Assembly (NCBI GenBank): GCA_947501885.1
Contig: CANMXN010000003.1
Coordinates: 54,946 to 118,945 of the forward strand
DNA from: an uncultured Sphingorhabdus sp.
Lineage (GTDB): Bacteria; Pseudomonadota; Alphaproteobacteria; Sphingomonadales; Sphingomonadaceae
Reading direction: 5' to 3'
Length of the DNA stretch: 64,000 bases
Shown: positions 51,280 through 60,377 of the stretch, piece by piece
How positions within the stretch are numbered: position 1 is the first letter of the stretch
How the letters are laid out: every line of letters begins with the position of its first letter
Program-made: the position numbers and the translations under genes
Notes under the pieces: generated by a model
Database searches by the model: none
What the model was told of the DNA's origin: nothing
The model's input: only the letters and a program-made list of their open reading frames with translations

Positions 51280-51570
51280 TTATTCGTCCAAATTTTTATA
51301 GCGAGATTTTATCAAACTAATGACTATATAGGCAACAAAAGCTCCTATAGAAGGCCATAATGGAACAAAGACATAAGCAAGGGCGCTTGTTGATGATGTG
51401 TTTTCTGGTGTATTTTTGAGCCACCAATTAACGAAAATTATTGCTGTAATTGGAATACTAATTAATGCTATACATCCTATTCTTTGGGATAGAAAATAAC
51501 TTATTAATCCGCCGACAACAAAGCCTAACATTAATAAGCCTTCAATCGTAAATAGAAAATCTGTAATCAT
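51280..51570 (-). CDS. Small membrane protein of unknown function (3 TM)
   Basis: ATGA overlap with the upstream TraB stop; hydrophobic. Confidence 0.6.
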   Translation of the reverse strand: MITDFLFTIEGLLMLGFVVGGLISYFLSQRIGCIALISIPITAIIFVNWWLKNTPENTSSTSALAYVFVPLWPSIGAFVAYIVISLIKSRYKNLDE

Positions 51571-52541
51571 TGTATGCGCTCTACTTTATATCCAGCATTT
51601 TGGAGCAAATTTGGTACGCTATTCTTGCCCACCAAATGTGCGGCGCCAACAGCAACAAAATAGACTATATCGTCTATATTTTTTGACTTTTCCTGCAGTT
51701 TGATCACCCATTTACGGTTACGATTATCTAATAATGCCTCGCGCATAGTGAGAGACGTCATAATTCCAGTGTTTGTTTCTTGTAGCAGCGCATCGCTATC
51801 GCCATCAAGCCATGCATCTACGATATTGAGTAAGCTGTCTTTGCTGTTTTCGCCATTATCTATGATGGATTCGAGCATGGCGCGTTGATGATTTTCATTC
51901 AAATCATCAAAAACTGCAAATTGTGATGCGATGCTCTCTAACCCTTCATTAGGCTTTTCTGCTTCATCAAATATATCTTTCAATATGGTCTCAACGCCAA
52001 ATGTTCTTTTATAACCTAGATCGCTGGTAATTGCATTGGATATTGCAAGTGCGGCAGCCCATGTTTCCATATTATTTAATGCTTGTTGAGAGAGGCCTTG
52101 TTCCTTGATAATGTTTTTTAGCAGATTGCGCTGAGAAGGCCGCACTCGCTTATCAATATCATTTACGGGTTCATCGCGTGACATGGTCGTGAAAATTTTA
52201 CTCACATTAGCTGTATCTTCTAAACCTATGGTTTCGGTGATTAATATATCTGATTGCGTAATGGCCTGACTTAGGGCTTCGCTTTGCCATTGCGCACCTT
52301 CTGGCAAAAGATGTACCGTACCGAACAGATAAAATTCTATATTAGCCTTTTTGCCGATGTCTGTTTGGTTATTATCATGTTGAATATCATCTGTGTTGTT
52401 TTCATCATCTATGTGACTGTCAATCTTTGCGCTAACTTTCCAAAGAGCTGGCGCGCCTTGTTTTTCTATGACTATTTCATCATTATTAGAACAAGCATTT
52501 GTGAAAAACAGGCATAATAAGATTATATAGATATATCGCAT
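51567..52541 (-). CDS. TraB/GumN-family lipoprotein (paralog 1)
   Basis: PALWKV, LFGTVH, GVE, GLES, NRN..W, AVGAAHL. Confidence 0.88.
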   Translation of the reverse strand: MRYIYIILLCLFFTNACSNNDEIVIEKQGAPALWKVSAKIDSHIDDENNTDDIQHDNNQTDIGKKANIEFYLFGTVHLLPEGAQWQSEALSQAITQSDILITETIGLEDTANVSKIFTTMSRDEPVNDIDKRVRPSQRNLLKNIIKEQGLSQQALNNMETWAAALAISNAITSDLGYKRTFGVETILKDIFDEAEKPNEGLESIASQFAVFDDLNENHQRAMLESIIDNGENSKDSLLNIVDAWLDGDSDALLQETNTGIMTSLTMREALLDNRNRKWVIKLQEKSKNIDDIVYFVAVGAAHLVGKNSVPNLLQNAGYKVERIQ

Positions 52542-52566
52542 ATGCTCTTATTAGGGTAAGTTAGAC

Positions 52567-52600
52567 AAAATAAAAGGGCCAAAGCATTGCTCCAGCCCTT
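52567..52600 (-). terminator. Intrinsic terminator after TraB paralog 2
   Basis: Minus strand AAGGGCTGGAGC-aat-GCTTTGGCCCTT (12 pairs including G-U) then TTATTTT. Confidence 0.6.
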
Positions 52601-52628
52601 ATCTAAAATTTTGATCATCGCTTGAAGA

Positions 52629-53591
52629 TTAATAGTTGATACGCTCAGCATTAAGAGCATAAGCCCCTAATAAGCTCTGTACGTCACCAGCACCAGCAAG
52701 ATGCCCCGCGCCAACCGCCATGAACACAGTACCTGGCTTATCCATACGTTCATTAATCCATTTGGCCCAATTGGCATTACGGTTTATAAGCAGTTTTTGT
52801 TTCATTTCAGGCTGGCTTAGATCTTGATGCAGCAATTCACCCAATGCTTCGGGATTACCTGCTGCCCATTTGTCAACCAAAGCATCAAGGACTGTTTCAA
52901 TTTCATCTATACTTTCAATGGTCTGCGCCAAGAATTCTTTTTGTGTTTTTTCTGAAAAACTATCGAATATACCAAATTGTAACTCAGCAGTTTCTAAGCC
53001 AAATATCTCTTTACCATTGGCTTTTGCTGCATTTTCTAATATTTTTTCAACGCCGCTATTTGGATCAAACCCAACTTTTTGTAGCGCCGTAATTTGCATA
53101 ACCAAACCTGCGGCCCATGGTTTAAATGGATCAAGCGCTGCGACAGGCAATCCCAATGATGTCATTGCTGTTTCATAGGATTTTTTTTCTGCATCGGTCA
53201 GGCTTGAACGTACGCCTTTGCCGCTTTGATCAACTGCGAATTTGGCAAATGTCTGTTGATCGGCTGCTGGATTTTCATTGGGTTTAATTTCTAAGACAAT
53301 GCTATCAGATTTATCGAACGCTTCTTTTACGGCTTCGTCAAACCATGTCATGCCAGGTTTTAAGAAATGCACCGTGCCCAGCATATAGATGGTGGTGTCT
53401 TCATCTTTTACCACCCAAAGCGCTGGATCAGCGTCAACGGTTTTAGGCGCGGCTGCTTGTGCTGCTGCTTCTACGGCTTGTGCAGCAGTTTCTACGGCTT
53501 GCGTCGCTGCATCACTGTCTTGGGCTTGTGCAAGAGGTGTGATGGCTAATGCGATGGCTGCTGTAGTAATTCTTAATATTGTCTTTTTCAT
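52629..53591 (-). CDS. TraB/GumN-family secreted protein (paralog 2)
   Basis: PALWVV, MLGTVH, GVE, GLET, NRNANW, AVGAGHL. Confidence 0.9.
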   Translation of the reverse strand: MKKTILRITTAAIALAITPLAQAQDSDAATQAVETAAQAVEAAAQAAAPKTVDADPALWVVKDEDTTIYMLGTVHFLKPGMTWFDEAVKEAFDKSDSIVLEIKPNENPAADQQTFAKFAVDQSGKGVRSSLTDAEKKSYETAMTSLGLPVAALDPFKPWAAGLVMQITALQKVGFDPNSGVEKILENAAKANGKEIFGLETAELQFGIFDSFSEKTQKEFLAQTIESIDEIETVLDALVDKWAAGNPEALGELLHQDLSQPEMKQKLLINRNANWAKWINERMDKPGTVFMAVGAGHLAGAGDVQSLLGAYALNAERINY

Positions 53592-53653
53592 AATATGTTC
53601 CTTTGTTAAATGTTGATGATATTTTAGTTTTTAATTTTGATGATTATAGATGC

Positions 53654-54085
53654 TTATCCGTTGCGTTTTTTCCACATCCAAATAATACCAAATGCAGCGA
53701 TGGTAATGATATATATGATTATACCATTTGGTTCGGGTGCCAGTCCACCGCGCCATAAAATCCACCATGTTGGCGCGCCAATCATATAGATATATAATGC
53801 ATAAAAAGCTCCAACCCTTGTGGCATGCATTTCTTGTTCATCGACATATTTATACCAATAGTGGCAAATGATTGGCATTATGATGGCCCAAAAAATAGCG
53901 AATATTACAGCGACCATAGTTGGGATAGGGCTGTTGCCAAATATGGCATGACTATCATCATTAACAGCAGCATAATGACCTAAAAACCCGCCCATTAATC
54001 CGCCTGCTATACCGCAACCAATTAGGATATTACTGCGGATTTTCTCTTTCTTCTCTAATCTTGCTTGCGCTTCACTCATGCTCAT
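53654..54085 (-). CDS. Membrane protein of unknown function (4 TM, DE-E motif)
   Basis: ATGA overlap with the XRE gene; VDEQE between helices. Confidence 0.7.
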   Translation of the reverse strand: MSMSEAQARLEKKEKIRSNILIGCGIAGGLMGGFLGHYAAVNDDSHAIFGNSPIPTMVAVIFAIFWAIIMPIICHYWYKYVDEQEMHATRVGAFYALYIYMIGAPTWWILWRGGLAPEPNGIIIYIITIAAFGIIWMWKKRNG

Positions 54086-54285
54086 CCTCCTGCAAATTCA
54101 TCATCGAATATCTCTTCGATATTCTGTTCAAATAGGCGCGCTATTTTAAACGCTAGCGGTAATGAAGGATCATATTTGCCCGTTTCAATCGCGTTGATGG
54201 CTTGGCGTGATACATCCAAATGGCCGGCCAGTTCGGCCTGTGACCAATCACGCATTGCCCGTAATACTTTGAGATTATTTTTCAT
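54082..54285 (-). CDS. XRE/Cro-C1 helix-turn-helix regulator
   Basis: NNLKVLR...WSQAELA...VSRQAINAIETGKYDPSLPLAFKIARLF. Confidence 0.93.
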   Translation of the reverse strand: MKNNLKVLRAMRDWSQAELAGHLDVSRQAINAIETGKYDPSLPLAFKIARLFEQNIEEIFDDEFAGG

Positions 54286-54716
54286 GGGCGAAGACTTTTA
54301 AATATTACGCCTGCATAAAATGCAAAACATGCCATTTTGGCCATCAATACTGCATCTATTATCAGCGTAATACCATTGATTTCAGAATTGTTTGTAGTAG
54401 CTAGCATTAACCCTAATTTATCGGATAAGCTTCCCACAGATAAAAGAGCGGAAATTAATAATGGGACTATAATTGCTGCCATTGCCCATTTGCACCCCTC
54501 GTTACGAAGATTGTAATAATGCTCATCAAAACGAGAGGAGAATATAGATGTTAATAAAATAGAAGATGTCATTGCCATCAATATTTTTTCAGTACCAGCT
54601 GATACTGGAAAGAAATAACTGGTTAGAAAAAAGAAGCTTGCGAGAAATCCTATATATTTTAAGAAATGAGCAAAGCTGCGATCTTCCTCTGTGGGCACTA
54701 TTGGATTATAGGGCAT
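54282..54716 (-). CDS. Membrane protein of unknown function (4 TM)
   Basis: RFDEHYY motif; ATGA overlap with the XRE gene. Confidence 0.7.
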   Translation of the reverse strand: MPYNPIVPTEEDRSFAHFLKYIGFLASFFFLTSYFFPVSAGTEKILMAMTSSILLTSIFSSRFDEHYYNLRNEGCKWAMAAIIVPLLISALLSVGSLSDKLGLMLATTNNSEINGITLIIDAVLMAKMACFAFYAGVIFKSLRP

Positions 54717-54770
54717 AATCTATCCTTAAATTTATTAAATATAGTGAGTATTTAGAAGTGGCATTTGATT

Positions 54771-55163
54771 TCACGTGGTGATCCCTCTGATGCGGAACCA
54801 AAAATATCCAATTATAAAGCCAAATAAAGTGATGCCAGCCATATTTTGCCCTGATAATTCAGGCAGTCCCCAAATGCTGCTACCCAATAACCAAACCACA
54901 TTAATCAACAAAGCAGTGGAAATACCAACTAGGCTTGCATTGGATATTATCTGATGGAGATAATCCTCTGTACATTTGCGATCTATGGCGCTGACAAAGA
55001 CAATGAAGGATGCCATTAGCGATCCAATTAATGCTAATATCATGACCTGTGGAACAGGAGATAATATTATTAATGGTTCGCTTTTGCTAGGTCCATCAGC
55101 CATCATTACCAAAGAAGCTATGCTACCGCAGATAAAGAGTATATCAAGTCTTCCTACATTCAT
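54771..55163 (-). CDS. Membrane protein of unknown function; paralog of 55160-55594
   Basis: DRKCTEDYLHQIISNA...GYFWFRIRG. Confidence 0.7.
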   Translation of the reverse strand: MNVGRLDILFICGSIASLVMMADGPSKSEPLIILSPVPQVMILALIGSLMASFIVFVSAIDRKCTEDYLHQIISNASLVGISTALLINVVWLLGSSIWGLPELSGQNMAGITLFGFIIGYFWFRIRGITT

Positions 55164-55594
55164 GCGTTAAATCCTTTCATGCGGTAGAATGCGTATCCCA
55201 TGGCCCAACTTAAGATCATCACGCCGAGCATGTCGCCCGAAGTAGGTTTGGGCAGGCCGCGTTCATTAAGAAAGCTCATATCCCAAATGGCATGTGACAT
55301 AATGGATGTTATCACGGCGATTAAGGCGGCATTAGTGACCAATTGAAAAACATAATCATCGGCGCAGTGACGATCCAATTTCGCGCCCCATACTGCATAG
55401 CTCGCCATGATTATGGTGAGGATGAAGGCACAGCCTAATTCCAACCAAGGGTTCCAGTTATCTACGGCTATTGTAGCGCTGCTAGGTTCTTTGAATATTA
55501 AATATGCACCAGCCAGCGCCAGCATAGAAAAGCTAGTATCGGCAAATCGGGTAGATATTATCATTTCATACTCCAAGTTAGGTTTTGATGACAC
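55160..55594 (-). CDS. Membrane protein of unknown function; paralog of 54771-55163
   Basis: DRHCADDYVFQLVTNA...GYAFYRMKG; start could be GTG 55594 or ATG 55564. Confidence 0.7.
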   Translation of the reverse strand: MSSKPNLEYEMIISTRFADTSFSMLALAGAYLIFKEPSSATIAVDNWNPWLELGCAFILTIIMASYAVWGAKLDRHCADDYVFQLVTNAALIAVITSIMSHAIWDMSFLNERGLPKPTSGDMLGVMILSWAMGYAFYRMKGFNA

Positions 55595-55635
55595 AATGTC
55601 ATGCTTCCCTTACTTTATGTACTGATTCGCTGACT

Positions 55636-55655
55636 ATGTCAAGTGAGCATTACAT
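55636..55655 (-). promoter_or_regulatory. Imperfect palindrome overlapping a TTGACA -35; probable XRE operator and promoter
   Basis: ATGTCAAG-TGAG-CATTACAT; minus strand TTGACA-N17-CATAAA. Confidence 0.55.
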
Positions 55656-55833
55656 AATGACATGTTTTATAGTCATTATGCTAGCTATAGTTGCGAAAGT
55701 TCACACTATTTTATTTTGGTAATTTTGAGAGGTTTTCTTGTTATAAATTAAGTTACTTAGCACCAAAACCATGACCAAATCAGTCAAGAATGCATAAAAT
55801 ATAATGGATTAGTCGAGCAAAGCAGACATGTGC

Positions 55834-57006
55834 TTAGTGAATACGCTCTACCTTATATCCTTTAGCAGCCAATAATGTTTGCAAACTATTCTCACCCAGA
55901 AGATGTCCAATTTCTATCGCAACTAAGAAAGAACCTGGCTTATCTAACATATTGATTATTTTGGGAGTCCAATTAATATTACGTTGATTAATAATTATAT
56001 TTGATATCTCTCTATGCACGGGGGTATGCCGTTTCAAAAGGTCTTCAAGTTTATCAGCATCGATTTTTCTATCTAAGCTACCCTTTGCCCATTTTATCGA
56101 ATATTCAAGAACGTCTTGCTCTTGTTGTTTTCTAAAATTAATTCTTCCCTCTCTGTCAAAACCTCCATTTTTTGTGCGAAACTTAGATCTTATAGAATCA
56201 ATTTCTACTAATAATCCATTTAACCACCGCACTTGTTCCTCCTCGGGAATATTGTTTAGAATATCGTATCGACCATATTTTTGTTCTAAACCTCTCTTTA
56301 GAATGCCAGTTTTCGATATCAGTTTTGAGAGCATAGTTTCAGTCTCTGATTGATAGGCGGTTTGAATGAAGGTATCTGAAGTTGGCCATAAATTTAATGC
56401 AATGAACCATGCAGGCGAATTATCGATATAGATAATATTATCACCTCCAGTTCGCTTCCAAAGTATAGGCAATAATTCAGAAGGCACACGATCTTCAATC
56501 GGCGGATTCTTGCTATCAATAATCTTATTTATCAAATTTCGTCTTTGCAGAATTAATTGGGTATTACTATTCAGAAAGGGATTGGAATCTGCGACATCAA
56601 AATATATTAAATCGGCACTGCAAGTAATTTTCAATAACTCAGGACTAATCCATTTTAAGTCATTTGGGATATTATGAACAGTTCCCATAAAATGGATTTC
56701 TGTATCTTCATCGGACAATCTCCAAATGGCAGGAGATGGAACAAAATTTAATTTTGCTTCTCGTTCTTTTTGAGCTGAATTTACACTGTTATTTATTGGT
56801 TCACTGGCTGTGCTTTTTTCCTTGCTAGCTAATCTCGTTCGATTTGGACTTTCAATTACAGGCTGGGGTGTAGGAGCAGCATAAGGAGGAGGATCAAACT
56901 TTCTTAATGAAGGATCGCACATCTGCGGACTAATTTGCGCAAATGAAGGACTAGAAATAGTGTAAATAATGACCAATATGGAAGTTATAAATTTTATAGA
57001 AATCAT
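55834..57006 (-). CDS. Divergent TraB/GumN-family secreted protein (paralog 3)
   Basis: PAIWRL, FMGTVH, GLE, QRNINW, AIEIGHL, GYKVERI. Confidence 0.75.
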   Translation of the reverse strand: MISIKFITSILVIIYTISSPSFAQISPQMCDPSLRKFDPPPYAAPTPQPVIESPNRTRLASKEKSTASEPINNSVNSAQKEREAKLNFVPSPAIWRLSDEDTEIHFMGTVHNIPNDLKWISPELLKITCSADLIYFDVADSNPFLNSNTQLILQRRNLINKIIDSKNPPIEDRVPSELLPILWKRTGGDNIIYIDNSPAWFIALNLWPTSDTFIQTAYQSETETMLSKLISKTGILKRGLEQKYGRYDILNNIPEEEQVRWLNGLLVEIDSIRSKFRTKNGGFDREGRINFRKQQEQDVLEYSIKWAKGSLDRKIDADKLEDLLKRHTPVHREISNIIINQRNINWTPKIINMLDKPGSFLVAIEIGHLLGENSLQTLLAAKGYKVERIH

Positions 57007-57151
57007 AAAAAATTACACTAAATGCGATATACTTTTAGTCAAGTTTATATCCGTGAATATTTGGTAAAGTAAGAATCTGTGCTTCACCTACGATTGAATG
57101 ATTAAAGCACAGATGCTAGAAATGGATATAAAAGAGTTTGAGGAGAGAATC

Positions 57152-59266
57152 ATGCCAACCCTGCACAAACGGACATGCCATATTTGCGAAGCCAATTGCG
57201 GTATCATTGTTGAAATGGAGGGACGCAAAACGCTCTCTATTCGTGGTAATCCTGACCATGTGCTAAGCCGTGGTCATATTTGTCCAAAGGCCACAGCCAT
57301 AGCCGATTTGCAGGATGATCCCGATCGTTTGCGTAACCCCCTTAAAAAAGTGGATGGTGCTTGGCAGGAAATTGAGTGGGATACAGCCTTTGAAGAAATT
57401 GCCATGAAATTGGCGCGCCTCAAAGCCGATGGTAAACGCAATGCGCTTTATATGGGCAATCCCAATGCGCATGATTATGCTGTGACGACAAGCGTGGGGC
57501 AATTCCGCCGTGTGCTGGGGCTGCGCGATATATATAGTGCGACGACATTGGATCAAATCCCGCATCATCTATCGCAATTGCTCATGTATGGGCATGTATC
57601 ATTAGCCGCCGTACCCGACATTGATCGCTGTATGAATTTGGTGATATTGGGCGGCAATCCTGCGGCCTCTAATGGCAGCCTATGGACCGTTCCCGATTTC
57701 AAAAAGCGCGTCAAAGAGCTGCAAGCGCGCGGCGGCACTATGAGCGTGGTTGATCCGCGCCGCAGCGAGACCGCACAGCTTGCCGATCATCATTATTTTG
57801 TGAAACCTGGCAGTGATACTGCTTTGCTGATTGCTATATTTAAAGCGCTCGAAAATGGCGATATGATTAACCCCGATGCGCATCAGAATTTAAGCGCTCA
57901 TCTTGATGATGGGCTTGATACAGCGCGCCATGCTCTGGCTGATTTTGATATGGAGCAATTGTCCGAATATTGCGGTATTGCAAAAGAGGATATTGTGGCG
58001 ATTGCACAGCGTTTGGGCGGCGGTGCGCCATCAGCACTCTATGGCCGAATGGGTGTTTCCGTTTGTGCTTTTGGTAGCCTTAATCATTGGCTCATTCAGC
58101 TTATCAATATCACAACGGGCAATTTAAATCGTGTCGGCGGCACCATGTTTGCGCAGCCAGGTTTGGATGCCGTTAGCCTCATTGGCAGCGGTTCTTATCG
58201 CAAAGTGCAGGGCAAAGATGGTGAGAAAAATATATTAATGGGTGAGCTGCATACCGCAGGCCTTGCCGATGATATATTGGACCCAGCGCCAGATCAGATA
58301 AGATCATTATTTGTGATTAGCGGTAATCCTGTGCTTTCTAGTCCGCATGGGCGACGTCTGGATGAGGCGCTGGAATCGCTTGAACTGATGGTATCGCAGG
58401 ACATGTATATCACCGAAACATCGCGTCATGCCGATTATATATTACCACCGTGTGGGCCGCTCGAAAAAGACCATTATCCGATTTTCTTTGGACCGCTCTC
58501 TGTGCGCAATGTCGCCAGCTATTCGCCGGCCACTTTGCCAATGGAGGACGGCACAAAGAGCGATGGCGAGATTATCATGGGCTTAAGCCGTGCTATTGCC
58601 CATGCTTTTGATATTGATGTTCCCAATTTCCGTACCCCGCGTGAAACGCTCGATTCTATGCTGCAAAGATCGCCCGCTGGTTTAACGCTGGAACAGGTTG
58701 AGGCCGCCCCTGACGGCATTGATTTAGGGCCGCTAAAGCCTTGTTTGCCCGATCGTTTATGCACCGATGACAAAAAAATCTGTGTGGCGCCAGAGGTTTT
58801 GGTGAATGATGTGAAGCGTTTTAAAGAAGCGCTAAATGCTGCACAGAATATGGATGGCGCATTGAGCCTTATCGGCCGCCGTCATGTGCGCAACAATAAT
58901 AGCTGGCTGCACAATTCAAAACGTCTGCTGAAAGGGCCTAATCGCTGTACATTGATGATCCACCCCGATGATGCAGCAAAGCGCGGCATCAGAAATGAGG
59001 ATATGGTCATTGTGCAAAGCCGCGTTGGCCGAGTGGAACTGCCAGCTGAAATTACCGATGCTATGATGGTGGGTACTGTTTCTATTCCGCATGGTTTTGG
59101 CCATGATCGTAATGGGGTTAAGCTATCTGTGGCGGGCAGCAAACCAGGTGTATCGATCAATGATCTCACCGATCCTGCGCATATTGATCCGCTTACGGGT
59201 AATGCAGTGCTCAATGCAACGCCCGTGAGCGTAGAATTATGCAATCATAGTGTTGCTGCGGAATGA
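57152..59266 (+). CDS. Molybdopterin-dependent oxidoreductase, stand-alone catalytic subunit
   Basis: TCHICEANC...ICPKA Fe-S motif, DPRR..TA, GNP, molydop-binding HPDDA domain; ATG 57152 after GAGGAG; no Tat signal. Confidence 0.88.
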   Translation: MPTLHKRTCHICEANCGIIVEMEGRKTLSIRGNPDHVLSRGHICPKATAIADLQDDPDRLRNPLKKVDGAWQEIEWDTAFEEIAMKLARLKADGKRNALYMGNPNAHDYAVTTSVGQFRRVLGLRDIYSATTLDQIPHHLSQLLMYGHVSLAAVPDIDRCMNLVILGGNPAASNGSLWTVPDFKKRVKELQARGGTMSVVDPRRSETAQLADHHYFVKPGSDTALLIAIFKALENGDMINPDAHQNLSAHLDDGLDTARHALADFDMEQLSEYCGIAKEDIVAIAQRLGGGAPSALYGRMGVSVCAFGSLNHWLIQLINITTGNLNRVGGTMFAQPGLDAVSLIGSGSYRKVQGKDGEKNILMGELHTAGLADDILDPAPDQIRSLFVISGNPVLSSPHGRRLDEALESLELMVSQDMYITETSRHADYILPPCGPLEKDHYPIFFGPLSVRNVASYSPATLPMEDGTKSDGEIIMGLSRAIAHAFDIDVPNFRTPRETLDSMLQRSPAGLTLEQVEAAPDGIDLGPLKPCLPDRLCTDDKKICVAPEVLVNDVKRFKEALNAAQNMDGALSLIGRRHVRNNNSWLHNSKRLLKGPNRCTLMIHPDDAAKRGIRNEDMVIVQSRVGRVELPAEITDAMMVGTVSIPHGFGHDRNGVKLSVAGSKPGVSINDLTDPAHIDPLTGNAVLNATPVSVELCNHSVAAE

Positions 59267-59477
59267 CTTTCGTTATCATATAGCAATATATGGCCTTACT
59301 TTCTATGGCCAGTTGACCTTATGATAATGGTTGGCGATTTCGGTCATTCAGATATAAGATTATATTCACATATTTATGCATCATTCACCTTGACGATTTG
59401 ACTCTATTTCGCCAAAGCCTCACCCAAGTTTAACGCAATTTCATTGTCGTAAATTTGCGAATTTAAAGGAAAGCGGA

Positions 59478-60377
59478 TTGGCGGACCAAAAACCCCTAAA
59501 TTTTCAGGACATGATCCTGCGTTTACATAGCTTTTGGTCTTCAAAAGGTTGCGCAATATTACAGCCTTATGACATGGAAATGGGCGCAGGAACATTTCAC
59601 AGCGCGACCACATTGCGCGCGCTTGGCCCTGTTCCTTGGAACGCAGCCTTTGTGCAGCCGTGCCGCCGCCCAACCGATGGCCGTTATGGCGAAAACCCCA
59701 ATCGATTGCAGCATTATTACCAATATCAAGTCATCCTCAAACCATCGCCCTCCGATATTCAGCAGCTCTATTTGGATAGTTTGCGCGAAATTGGCATCGA
59801 TCCGATGCTGCACGACATAAGATTTGTTGAGGATGATTGGGAAAGCCCAACGCTTGGCGCATGGGGGCTTGGCTGGGAAGTATGGTGCGATGGCATGGAA
59901 GTCACGCAATTTACATATTTCCAGCAAATGGGTGGTTTTGATTGCAAGCCCGTTGCGGGTGAACTGACCTATGGTTTGGAACGGCTGGCCATGTATATCC
60001 AAGGCAAAGATAGTGTCTTTGATCTGGATTATAATGGTAGTGGCGTAACTTACGGCGATATATTCCATGAAAATGAAGTGCAAATGAGCACATGGAATTT
60101 TGAAATAGCGGACACCGAAACATTGTTCAAACAATTTGAAATGGCGACAGCCGAATGCGAAAATTGCTTGGAAAAATCTCTGCCTATTCCCGCCTATGAA
60201 CAAGCGATTAAGGCTAGCCATACGTTCAATCTATTGCAAGCACGCGGCGTGATTAGCGTACAAGAACGGGCATCCTATATGGGCAAGGTGCGCGATCTGG
60301 CAAAAGGCGCGTGCGAAAAATGGATAGAGATTAACAAAGAAGAATGGGCGCAAAAATTCCCCCAATGGAGTTTGTGA
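59478..60377 (+). CDS. glyQ: Glycine--tRNA ligase alpha subunit
   Basis: [31 protein letters not shown]-type ELTYGLERL. Confidence 0.98.
   Translation: MADQKPLNFQDMILRLHSFWSSKGCAILQPYDMEMGAGTFHSATTLRALGPVPWNAAFVQPCRRPTDGRYGENPNRLQHYYQYQVILKPSPSDIQQLYLDSLREIGIDPMLHDIRFVEDDWESPTLGAWGLGWEVWCDGMEVTQFTYFQQMGGFDCKPVAGELTYGLERLAMYIQGKDSVFDLDYNGSGVTYGDIFHENEVQMSTWNFEIADTETLFKQFEMATAECENCLEKSLPIPAYEQAIKASHTFNLLQARGVISVQERASYMGKVRDLAKGACEKWIEINKEEWAQKFPQWSL

Noticed and set aside
53469-53510. 21-bp tandem duplication in TraB paralog 2 (AQAVETA/AQAVEAA)
   Set aside because: Ordinary slippage in a disordered post-signal linker
59559-60221. 220-aa minus-strand ORF
   Set aside because: Lies wholly antisense to highly conserved glyQ with no recognisable motif; shadow ORF
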